A stretch of DNA of 64,000 bases from Haliotis rubra (taxonomy: Eukaryota), in contig NW_025767202.1 in the NCBI RefSeq assembly GCF_003918875.1, forward strand, positions 2,232,001-2,296,000, given 5' to 3'. Position 1 is the first letter of the stretch. Every line of letters starts with the position of its first letter. The notes beneath the pieces are model-generated. The model saw only the letters and a list, made by a program, of their open reading frames with translations, ran no database searches and was not told the origin of the DNA. Both the position numbers and the translations under genes were made by a program. Below, piece by piece: positions 11,701 to 22,301 of the stretch.

Positions 11701-14700
11701 CTCATCAAAGCTGGGGGTAGGATGGGGGTGAGACGCCGCCCAACAACATATAGTGATGCCAGTGTGTTTGAGTAGACTATTCAGTATTCAGGCTCCCGAT
11801 CCACAGCACGTAGGTAGCTCTACGACATTCGTTAGCCTATGGTAAACTCTAGAGTTACGACAGGTCGTAACGTCACGAACGCTTTGTAGGTTGTGGATAT
11901 TTATCATCGATGGACATTCTATCGACAATCTGCACAATAATACAAAACTGGGAGGACGAGGTACGTTTGTTCTGTCCAACAATCGTACGCATATACAACT
12001 TGCGTTTGTTATAATTAAACAAGATTTAAGCTTAAGAATAAAGCACCAAGAAATACTTATTCAGTCAATACAGTCAGGTTACAAAAACACGAACGATTGG
12101 TTCTGCTGGTTCTGGGGTCTCAGACGTCGCCATTCGCTGAGTAGCGTTGCAGCCCTCGGGCTTATCAGAATCCTATGACACTGGGTTCGAATCCCGCTGG
12201 CATTGAATGTGTTTGACCACCTGAATCTGTATGCAGGTTTTGTTTCACTTACCTTGATCATCGTCTCTGATGGTGTAGGAAAGAGAAGAGGTGGTGCCAA
12301 TGCTTCCTGAAGAAGCGCTCACAAGAGTAACAACGAAACCTTGGCTTATTTCAGGGATCTGAAAGTCAGTGGACATAATGTGGTACTTATGGATCATTGC
12401 ACGTCTTTGAAACACGCCGTCTGGAATTACTGCTTAGCATTTTGATCAAGTTTTGTCTGTAAAGTGTCGCTAAATGTAAAGCTCTGGATGCAATACCTTG
12501 CCGCAGTAATAGCACATATCAGAACAAACATTAACAACAACAGGTAACTGACAACAAGGAGCATATAATTGTACTTTGGCTTCCTGACTTCTATCTGTTG
12601 TTCTTACTCTTCTCCTGTCCTAATCCAGTTATGTTCGTTATAAGTCGTGTGTGTGTGCATCCAATCAAATACCAGGCGATAAAACCAGTTGATAATGCCA
12701 AGTGATAATACCAGTTGATAATACCAGGTGATAATGCCAGTTGATAATACCAGGTGATAATGCCAAGTGATAATACCAGTTGATAATACCAGGTGATAAT
12801 ACCCATTGATAATACCAGGTGATAATGCCAGGTGATAATGCCAAGTGATAATACCAGTTGATTATACCAGGTGATAATGCCAGTTGATAATACCAGTTGA
12901 TAATGCCAAGTGATAATACCAGTTGATAATACCAGTTGATAATACCAGGTGATAATACCCGTTGATAATACCAGGTGATAATGCCAGGTGATAATGCCAA
13001 GTGATAATACCAGTTGATTATACCCGTTGATAATGCCAGGTGATAATACCCGTTGATAATACCAGGTGATAATGCCAGGTGATAATACCAGTTAATAATA
13101 TCAGGTGATAATACCCGTTGATAATGTCAGGTGATAATACCAGGTGATAATGCCAGGTGATAATACCAGTTGATAATACCAGGTGATAATGCCAGGTGAT
13201 AATACCAGGTGATAATACCAGGTGATAATACCAGTTGATAATACCAGGTGATAATACCAGGTGATAATGCCAGGTGATAATATCAGTTGATAATACTAGG
13301 TGATAATACCAGGTGATAATACCACTTGATAATACTAGGTGATAATACCAGGTGATAATACCACTTGATAATACCAGGTGATAATGCCGGGTGTTCGTGA
13401 AAACGTCAGCATATATTGCTTCAGCCACGGCATCCGAATTCTCTTTGTGTGTGATAAACACCGACGAAACGTTAATGATCTCTTTTTCCATTCGATGGAT
13501 ATGATTTGATTAACACACTGACTCTTTTTTTTGTAAAACAATGGGATAACATCGTCGAAAAACAAGATTTGAAACAACACAAACGGAATTCATGTCTTTG
13601 TTGTAGCCAAGAACAAGCAGCAAAGCGTTAAATACTGTCGCTTATGCAATAGTTGGATGACGACATGCAAGCTACGTATCTTTACCACTTGTAACCCTAC
13701 CCTCTAAGTCACAAGTATGGACTTCTAGAGTCGACAACAGCACTGGGCTGTTTTGATGTATATTATATATTGGCAGATAAGTCAGATACTAAATGCCAGT
13801 AGTCATATACTGTATTACTTCACTTATTCCAGTATCATTTTTGCCGTCACGGTGATTATACCCAATTTTCTATATTTAATATTTTTAAAATATATTTTTA
13901 TTGCCAACTCGTTTCCAAAACATCTTCAGATCTAACTGCATGTGATCAAGGTAATCTGTTGTTTAACTGACAATTTTTAATTTTAATTTTATTCCTGGTA
14001 AGAGTACAGCATGTTTCACTTTTCTATATGTTGTAGCTGTGGCCATATTAGTAAGTGTTTTAGTTTCTTATGTTTATACTTTAATCTCATATTTATGCTG
14101 ATCAATATGATTTTCCTTGGGATAGTACAGTCTTATCATATCTTTTATCTTATCCATACGAGAAATAATCTTGATCACAGTGATTACAATGACAGTAACT
14201 ATTACAAAACGAGTAAAGGTAAAATTATACATTAACTGCGTAATAGTATTTGAATGCCTTTCATTATCTAATGGCTTTATGTTGTCCTCGTTATTCACAA
14301 ACGTTCTTACCGGATCGTCGATAAGTTCCACCGTGATGACAGCTTGTGTCTGATCTTCTTCAAACGTTGCAGTAAACGTGCCATTGACCACGGGCCTGGT
14401 GGTAGTAGAGCTTGTTACTGTATATGTTACAGTGGATGGTTCGGTGCCCCCCTCCTCTACCAATTGTGACATTGAAGCCCCCTTGTCCTTCTAGTATTGG
14501 CCCAGTTCCGAAATCCACCACCAGGTTGAATATAGAGGCTGCAATGTACGGAACATGATTTGATACACCCTCTTTTGTTAATGGATGATGATTGAAATTC
14601 AATGCAAAATTGCAAAAGTGTAACTAGTTTGAGGAAGCAAAGAATTATTGCTGCGAGTGACCTTTTTTACGTTAATGAATAACTGCGAAATTATGTCGTG

Positions 14701-15210
14701 TTATATTATTTTCAGGTTATTTCCATAGCGTCAAATTCAGAATTGGACTATTCACACCAGAAATATAGATGTGCGCCCATGCTACAATGCTACTGGCGCG
14801 TACAACTAAATCCATCGTCAAATTCCAATGACGTAGAATATCACCGTATAATATGAAGTTCACATACTCTGTGAAGAACAGACAAACAGACAGACAGACA
14901 TTATATTTTAGTAATGTAGGCCTTTGGCCCATAATACAAACAAAATGCAAGTACAAACAATACATACATGCTAAATGTAGGATAACGATTGAAATACCAG
15001 GAGCATCATCAGAAAGAGCATATTAGTTTATAATAAATACTCTTAAAATGTGGACTTGTGCTATAACACTAGAGAGGCAAACATATTGATGAGGATCGTC
15101 TTTCAGTAAACATAAACATACTGATGGCACCTACTTTGACTGTGGACGGTTTGGGTCTGTAGCATTACAACAAGAACGACCAGCAGATTCCATGCTCCTG
15201 CATTTAGCAT
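8755..15210 (-). CDS. Secreted Calx-beta / thrombospondin type-1 / Thr-rich mucin-like protein (about 352 aa if frameshift corrected)
   Basis: Phase-compatible GT-AG exons: 15135-15210 (signal peptide MLNAGAWNLLVVLVVMLQTQTVHSQ); 14311-14538 and 12253-12358 (Calx-beta: ...TATFEEDQTQAVITVELIDDP/IPEISQGFVVTL...YTIRDDD); 11179-11643 (TSP1 WSAW..C...C..RTRTC plus poly-Thr stalk); 9391-9567 (TSP1 WSEWSCW..CSVTCGTG..RSRTC); 8735-8762 (stop at 8755-8757). Putative last exon starts at 7944 with AATAAA near 7900. One extra G in the run at 14447-14452 breaks the frame. The 3' end is less certain. Confidence 0.75.
9943..10108 (+). mobile_element. tRNA-derived SINE (family 1)
   Basis: A/B-box tRNA-like head, conserved body and (CTCA)n tail. 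Confidence 0.85.
10486..10715 (-). mobile_element. SINE family 2 copy
   Basis: Reverse complement of the 10880-11126 element, with an (AAAC)n tail. Confidence 0.75.
10880..11126 (+). mobile_element. SINE family 2, near full length
   Basis: GACCCGTGAAGGTCCGGGTTAGAAT...CCATGCTTGTCGTAAGAGGCGACTAACGGGATC...GCTGGAATATTGTTGAGTGCGGCGTAAAACTAAA(CTCA)n. Dispersed copies at about 21090, 26165, 40450, 43715 and 63490. Confidence 0.8.
12668..13390. repeat. 13-bp minisatellite
   Basis: Tandem unit CCAG(G/T)TGATAAT(A/G). Intronic in the Calx-beta/TSP1 gene and the source of spurious ORFs. Confidence 0.95.
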
Positions 15211-15623
15211 AATTCTGTAAATTAATACAACCACAATAACAGATGAAAAAGGCAGTTAATTGTCCTGGAATGAAAGGTGTCTCTCATTGAACAGCACCTG
15301 AAAATTCCATTTATTACTTCACATTTCTTGCACTTTGCTGACATAGTGAAAAGAGGTAGTTAATTGTCTACAAGAATAACATAAACAGTTCTTACAATTC
15401 TGAAGGAGAGTACACACAAAGACCATTTTGAGACGTACACACAATTTGATAACTGAAGTATCCATTTTGTTACCAACGATCGCGACATTTTTAAATTCAG
15501 AACAAATAAGATTTTAAAAGTTAGGTACAATTATAATTTCGTCTCGTGAAATGGATCAAAAGTCTAGAACTAACATAAAGAAAGAATCAGTGAAACTAAC
15601 TGATTAGAGCTCAACACATTTAC

Positions 15624-15720
15624 CTTGTTGGTCGGAGCTTGATACAAAAACACTGGACACCTTCCCCCGGAAATAGTTCGTTGTAGATTTCAGATCGTTT
15701 TCCTATTATCGTCTTATAAG
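15624..15720 (-). promoter_or_regulatory. Putative non-coding first exon and TATA-like box of the Calx-beta/TSP1 gene
   Basis: Minus-strand donor CAAG|gtaaat at 15624/15623 and TATAAGA near 15712-15718. Confidence 0.35.
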
Positions 15721-16237
15721 TGAGACATATGTACAACTGATACATTCTGATACGATGATCCTCGCGTAAAGCCTCCTGTCATATTTAATCTGATGGCTCA
15801 GTTTCATGTATTGGAATTTTTGCAAGTAAGAGGTTTATTGACATGTGGGATCAAAGGTGAAACTTTGTGAAAGTTCTGTAATTTATTGTCCGTTTTCACA
15901 TCATGCGGATACGACAGCTGCTAAACAGCCTTGAATGAAACGCTATGATGCATTACGTACATTGTTTCAGGATGTTTCGCTAAAAGATCAAAGTTCGAAC
16001 CCCGTGAAACACCACACATTCTTCTTTCTTATATTCAATCATATACTAAACTTTTTAATGGCCGAGGTGTCCAACTTTGTGACAGTAACATCTGATTCAA
16101 TCTAATTTGGTGGTCATTGCTGCTTTTCTTTATTGTTCTCTGCTTCTGTTGCTGACTGTGTTATGTAAGTACTCTGAGTTATGGACAACAAATGGATTTT
16201 CTGTATATAAATTTCTGTAGCTGTTCAAGATCCAAAT

Positions 16238-18140
16238 CCAGATCCACCTGTTGTAGCAGATGTGTCAGAACCAGATCCACCTGTTGTAGCAGATATGTCA
16301 GAATCAGATCCACCTGTTGTAGGAGATATGTCAGAATCAGATCCACCTGTTGAAGCAGATATGTCAGATCCAGATCCACCTGTAGTAGCAGATGTGTCAG
16401 AACCAGATCCACCTGTTGTAGCAGATATGTCAGAATCAGATCCACCTGTTGTAGCAGATATGTCAGAACCAGATCCACCTGTTGTAGCAGATATGTCAGA
16501 ATCAGATCCACCTGTTGTAGGAGATATGTCAGAATCAGATCCACCTGTTGTAGCAGATATGTCAGAATCAGATCCACCTGTTGTAGCAGATATGTCAGAA
16601 TCAGATCCACCTGTTGAAGCAGATATGTCAGAACCAGATCCACCTGTTGTAGCAGATATGTCAGAACCAGATCCACCTGTTGTAGCAGATATGTCAGAAC
16701 CAGATCCACCTGTTGTAGCAGATATGTCAGAACCAGATCCACTTGTTGTAGCAGATATGTCAGAATCAGATCCACCTGTTGTAGCAGATATGTCAGAACC
16801 AGATCCACCTGTTGTAGCAGATATGACGGAATCAGATCCACCTGTTGTAGCAGATATGTCAGAATCAGATCCACCTGTTGTAGCAGATATGTCAGAATCA
16901 GATCCACCTGTTGTAGCAGATATGTCAGAATCAGATCCACTTGTTGTAGCAGATATGTCAGAATCAGATCCACTTGTTGTAGCAGATATGTCAGAATCAG
17001 ATCCACCTGTTGTAGCAGATATGTCAGAATCAGATCCACCTGTTGTAGCAGATATGTCAGAATCAGATCCACTTGTTGTAGCAGATATGTCAGAATCAGA
17101 TCCACTTGTTGTAGCAGATATGTCAGAATCAGATCCACCTGTTGAAGCAGATATGTCAGATCCAGATCCACCTGTTGTAGCAGATATGTCAGAATCAGAT
17201 CCACCTGTTGTAGCAGATATGTCAGATCCAGATCCACCTGTAGTAGCAGATATGACGGAATCAGATCCACCTGTTGTAGCAGATGTGTCAGAACCAGATC
17301 CACCTGTTGTAGCAGATATGTCAGAACCAGATCCACCTGTTGTAGCAGATATGTCAGAACCAGATCCACCTGTTGTAGCAGATATGTCAGAACCAGATCA
17401 AACTGTTGTAGCAGATATGTCAGAATCAGATCCACTTGTTGTAGCAGATGTGTCAGAACCAGATCAACCTGTTGTAGCAGATATGTCAGAATCAGATCCA
17501 CTTGTTGTAGCAGATATGTCAGAATCAGATCCATCTGTAGTAGCAGATATGACGGAATCAGATCCACTTGTTGTAGCAGATATGTCAGATCCAGATCCAC
17601 TTGTTGTAGCAGATATGTCAGAACCAGATCCACCTGTTGTGGCAGATGTGTCAGAACCAGATCCACCTGTTGTAGGAGATATGTCAGAACCAGATTCAGC
17701 TGTTATAGGAGATATGTTAGAATCAGATCCACTTGTAGCAGATGTGTAAGAACCAGATCCACCTGTTGTAGCAGATATGTCAGAACCAGATCAACCTGTT
17801 GTAGCAGATATGTCAGAATCAGATCCACTTGTTGTAGTAGATATGTCAGAATCAGATCCACCTGTTGAAGCAGATATGTCAGATCCAGATCCACCTGTAG
17901 TAGCAGATATGACGGAATCAGATCCACCTGTTGTAGCAGATGTGTAGAACCAGATCCACCTGTTGTAGGAGATATGTCAGAATCAGATCCACCTGTTGTA
18001 GCAGATATGTTAGATCCAGATTCACCTGTTGTAGCAGATATGTCACAATCAGATCACCTGTTGTAGCAGATATGTCAAAACCAGATTCACCTGTTGTAGC
18101 AGATATGTCAGAACCAGATCTACCTGTTGTAGCAGATATG
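16238..18140. repeat. 33-bp minisatellite, about 57 copies, open reading on both strands
   Basis: Unit ATGTCAGAA(T/C)CAGATCCACCTGTTGTAGCAGAT. Reads MSESDPPVVAD on + and VDLILTYLLQQ on -. Confidence 0.95.
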
Positions 18141-18556
18141 CCGAGAGAATGGTGAAAAGAAGTAAAGTTGTTCTGTCCGAAGTTCAAGTTGGTGACAACG
18201 TTACAGTTCTCATCCCATCAGACATGGAGGTGATCCACCCAACTTGATCGGTGTGATTTCTGACATCAATGACAGTGACATGTACACAATTGCTGTCAAA
18301 GCTGGTGTTTTATCTGAAAGTATTCTCGTACTCAATTGTACGTGTGCGCCACACTTTTCTAACCTTAGAGGATATGTCTACTGAAAAACTGGTCTCCTTA
18401 CGCTCGGCAGTCAAATTTGGGTCAGCCGGTGGTGGACAAGGCTTTGATAGGTCTAACTGTGCAGGTGTAAAGAGGTGCCAGGCAAATAGATGCAAGTGCT
18501 ACAAGGCTGGTGTAAAGGGTCTTGTCTTGTCATTGTCTTGTCAAAGTAAAGACTGA
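18140..18556 (+). pseudogene. Ginger-type (KRBA2/SCAND3-like integrase) transposase C-terminal remnant
   Basis: Frameshifted segments AERMVKRSKVVLSEVQVGDNVTVLIP / DPPNLIGVISDINDSDMYTIAVKAGVL / KYSRTQL / VSLRSAV...GGGQGF..NC...RCQANRCKCYKAGVK..CH. This is the characteristic Cys-rich tail of these transposases. Confidence 0.75.
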
Positions 18557-18696
18557 ATTGATGTTCTTCAAACATGTCAATCATAAATCTCCATATGTAC
18601 ATCAATCATGCATACATCTATTATGTTGAGTAAAAATAGCATTGTTGCAAAGATACGTCTCTATCTCGCTTAATACAAAAGTCTACTTCCACCTCT

Positions 18697-18848
18697 TTTC
18701 GGAAGAAATATACCTCAAAGTACACAAGTGATTTCAGGGAATATGTCTATAATTCTAGTCAGTGATTATGTATAATCACTGAGTGAATCAGACATTATAC
18801 CTAATCACTGCAAATTTCAGGGATATATTTCTTATTTTCCGAAGAACA
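18697..18848. repeat. Imperfect palindrome ending in ...GAAGAACA (possible Ginger terminus or MITE)
   Basis: Central palindrome CAGTGATTATGTATAATCACTG with degenerate inverted flanks. The ACA end fits TGT...ACA Ginger termini. Confidence 0.4.
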
Positions 18849-19390
18849 AAGACAGCAAAATGAATTATTTTTTAAGACAGATGGTTTGTTCTTTTCCATC
18901 CGCAAATTCCCCTTAGCCACTCCTAAACAGGCTAAGGTTACAGATGTTTTTGTCCTCTTTTTATAGTTATCAACAAATCCATATTTTCCATTTAATTCTT
19001 TTGTAAACCGACCAATGCAACTTTAGATGACAGTGACTTCGCGAAACACATAACAACAATATGCCCTTATCTGTCTACACTACCTATCTCTATATCTCCA
19101 GATGAAGACCCCCCAACTCCTAGCTGTGAATACAGCTTCAGAATACATCTGTAGAAAGCGGCCAATGAACTTTTGCAGTGTGCAGAATACTGCACCTGTC
19201 TCCTGGATGGTCCATCCCCGAACAATTATTGCTGTGCGATGCGACAAGGGCCTGTGTAAGGGCCCAGCATTCAGCGGACAGCATTCAATACAGACAACGT
19301 TTGATATGTAATAATAAGTATACATATTTATGTGCGGTAATTTTACTATATGTGTGCAGAGATGGTATACATGCTAGTGGCTGTACGATA

Positions 19391-19531
19391 GTAAGAAAAG
19401 AAAGATTAATGGATGTCAACTTCTTTATTGTGAATAACGGATGCTTGGTGTTCCTTGAGTCTTGTGTTGATAGGTCGCAGCGTTTCCCCGATGTACTGTT
19501 GTCCACAACTATCTGGAATCTGGTAGATGCA
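19391..19531 (-). mobile_element. Penelope-like element fragment (GIY-YIG endonuclease plus terminal repeat end)
   Basis: 19531-19436 reads CIYQIPDSCGQQYIGETLRPINTRLKEHQASV (GIY-YIG, R..EH), followed by AATAAAGAAGTTGACATCC as in the palindromic elements. Confidence 0.8.
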
Positions 19532-21089
19532 TCTGGTAGATCATACTTTTAGGGGTCATTGCTATAGTATGCATCGCCATGACCTCAGGTAAAACTGACA
19601 GTCTACCAAACCACGAGGACATGCAGTGCTGGACACTCTGCCTTTGGCTCTGAGATAATAGTTATACGATAGTAATACAGGATCTTTTCTCTTCTCCTTG
19701 GGCATTGAAGTACGTATATTTGGACTATAGGCAATTTCGCGTTTTTTCCTACAGGTATTACTATAAACCACGAGGCTACATTAAGTATAAACAACTTCAT
19801 TTAGTACACGTGATGCTTACACTAACAGCCATATGATAAACAGCTGTAACGATGAATAAAGTTGTTGAAAGGGAGAGCTGACATGTAGGCGTAACGTGTG
19901 TACAATGACATGTTTTGTAGTAACAGATCGCATGCCATGAGTACATAAGAAAGGTCTGTCAAGAACAACCTGAGGACATCAGCCACAGTTCAGTGATACA
20001 TACATCAGGTACAGTGACACCTGGCGGGAGGGGGGGGGGGGGGGGTACATTTCAGAAGTTGTTGCTTTCATTCACTGAAATAATTATTATAAAGCTGTGT
20101 CAAATAGATACTGATGTAAAACCATAAACTGCTGTAGACTTTCACTGGGAGGCAGAGATCGTGTTGCTAGTATGGCTGTGCAGTTCTCCGTTTGTTTGAC
20201 AGGATGAGTCGTAACGTGAAAATTTGCATGGGGGCATGAAGTCCAGCTCTGAAGATGAAGACGAAAAGATCACCATCAACGTTTCTGTGTATTCGTGCTA
20301 GGTAATTCCCAACCGTGATCAAAGAATGTAGAACTGTTCAGGCACTGTTTCGTGAAAGACGAATTAGTCTCCCAGTGTGTCCTTTGTAAGCTTCCTACGA
20401 GACCGTTGGAACTAATTCAAGAGTTCAATATTGGTTGATACTTGTAACAATATGTGATAAAGTGGAAGTAGTTGTGGCAGATGATGTAGATGTAGTAGTA
20501 GTTGTAGTATGTGAGTACATATATCGGCAGCCTTCTTTTAACAAAGGGAATATTCAAATTACGAATTGCTATTGCGAATAAGTGTTGATTCTTCTTACTC
20601 GTTGAAAATAACGAAAAATGTTCCTCGATCTAGCAATTACAAGTCAGTTTAATCTGAACTACTTGGAGAGGACAGGTCTGTTGGGGAACCCCAATCAGTT
20701 TCTTTGGCAGGGACCTTTGGTACGACAGCGGTTGCCATTGGACACGTGCCCTGATGCTGTTTTGTATTTGTGTATGGTGAGTGACGTTGATTGTTCAGTG
20801 ATGTTATGAAAAGTCGACGTGATGGAAGTCATAGCCTTGACCTGCGATGAAGATCTGATATGATGAAACCAATGATGATAATCAGGACGAATGTAAGATT
20901 CGAACCCACGTTCTATTAACCATGGTTTGAAGGCGCCACAGACAATTAAGTCTCCTGTGGTCGGACGAATGTGACTGTACACTTTCGCAGTAGCATTAAT
21001 TACAGAAGAGATAGCAGTTTTGTTGATGCAATGCTTCTGGGTATAATGGAACTGCTCGTCTAAGGCATGCACATATTGTTCATAAAGTG

Positions 21090-21240
21090 ATCGGCTGACT
21101 TGGTTTATGCATGTCACCATATCTCATTTGCGTAGATCGAAACTTGCGATGCAAATCACTAGATTGTCTGGTCAAGACTCGGTAATTTACAGACATCGTC
21201 ATATAGCTGGAATGATACTGCGCTAAATAAATAACATACA
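21090..21240 (+). mobile_element. SINE family 2, partial
   Basis: GCTGACTTGGTT...TTGTCTGGTCAAGACTCG...CATATAGCTGGAAT. Confidence 0.65.
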
Positions 21241-21266
21241 CATCCTATAGAATTCTTTAATGTTAT

Positions 21267-21432
21267 GGGGCGGTGGGGTAGCCTAGTGGTTAAAGCGTTC
21301 GCCCGTCACGCCAAAGACCCGGGTTCGATTCCCCACATGGGTAAAATGTGTGAAGCCCATTTCTGGTGTCCCCCGCCGTGATGATGCTGGAATATTGCTA
21401 AAAGCGGGGTAAAACTAAACTCACTCACTCAC
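21267..21432 (+). mobile_element. tRNA-derived SINE (family 1), full length
   Basis: GGGGCGGTGGGGTAGCCTAGTGGTTAAAGCGTTCGCCCGTCACGCC..GGTTCGATTCCC head (A and B boxes, GTC loop resembling tRNA-Asp) and (TCAC)n tail. 13-bp TSD TCTTTAATGTTAT (21254-21266, 21433-21445). Confidence 0.92.
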
Positions 21433-22301
21433 TCTTTAATGTTATGTTAATGTTGATTGTAAGTTCGTTTGAATTAGGTTTCTGGTTTTGCATTGGTACG
21501 AATTAGCACAAAGTCAATGAAGGATATTTTCTGAATGATTCAGCGAATCGCTTTTAAATGCAAAGGTTTTCATAGGACCAAATTCAAAGTGTGGTGAATA
21601 AGATATAAATTTTAATTATATACACAATTATACATAAATATACTAACTCATTTAGGTGTGTTATTTACATGAATCAGAAATCATTTAGCCAAGAAGCGTC
21701 ATAATGCATGTCAATATTCTCAAGCATTTAGTTAAAAAAACATATGGTTTCTCCGTACATGTAAACATTAAGTCTTATCAACAGTTGCCTCCTGTTCGAC
21801 GCACATATTCCCGTATCACCGAAAGATAAGAGAAGAAAGAGAAGAATAACATGAATGGGGTTGTTGTCAACAATTAAATGCACATCTATCTAACTCTATG
21901 CTTGTTTTCAACATCTTTCTTTTCAAAATCACAAGATTACTTTTTTGTATGTTAATCAGAATAATATCCGCTGAACTTTTATACAGTCAATAAGGTAGCA
22001 ACAAGTATTTCATCAGAATATGTAATCCTTACAATAGTGGACCAATCAAATGGAGACGGTCGGTGGTTGAATGTTATGCCCAGGTACAAAATGCACAATC
22101 GGCCGTTTCCAAAACAATGAACATATTAGACACAAGGAAATCAGGAGCTTCATGTGGAGTTTACAAGGTGATTGGACACATGTGTAATATAAAGTCTTTT
22201 CCTTATATACCTACATCCATACCTACATGCATAAAAACACTCTCACACATACACGCACACATTCACAAAGGCTCTTTAACGTTGACAAGGTGACCATTTA
22301 C

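Noticed and set aside
12591-13580. ORFs with GIITWYYHLVLS repeats
   Set aside because: 13-bp minisatellite whose unit is not a multiple of 3.
16179-17666. 495-aa Leu/Gln-rich minus-strand ORF resembling an LRR
   Set aside because: Antisense reading of the 33-bp minisatellite with no unique coding flanks.
19084-19250. Possible further protease exon
   Set aside because: A donor is present, but the reading matches no expected domain and cannot be phased to the gene.
21267-21345. tRNA-Asp-like gene
   Set aside because: It is the head of a multi-copy SINE with TSDs and a simple-repeat tail, with no proper acceptor stem.
22063-22170. Plus-strand SGASCGVYK|gt resembling an ADAM Cys-rich exon end
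   Set aside because: Wrong strand, too short, and no supporting cysteines.
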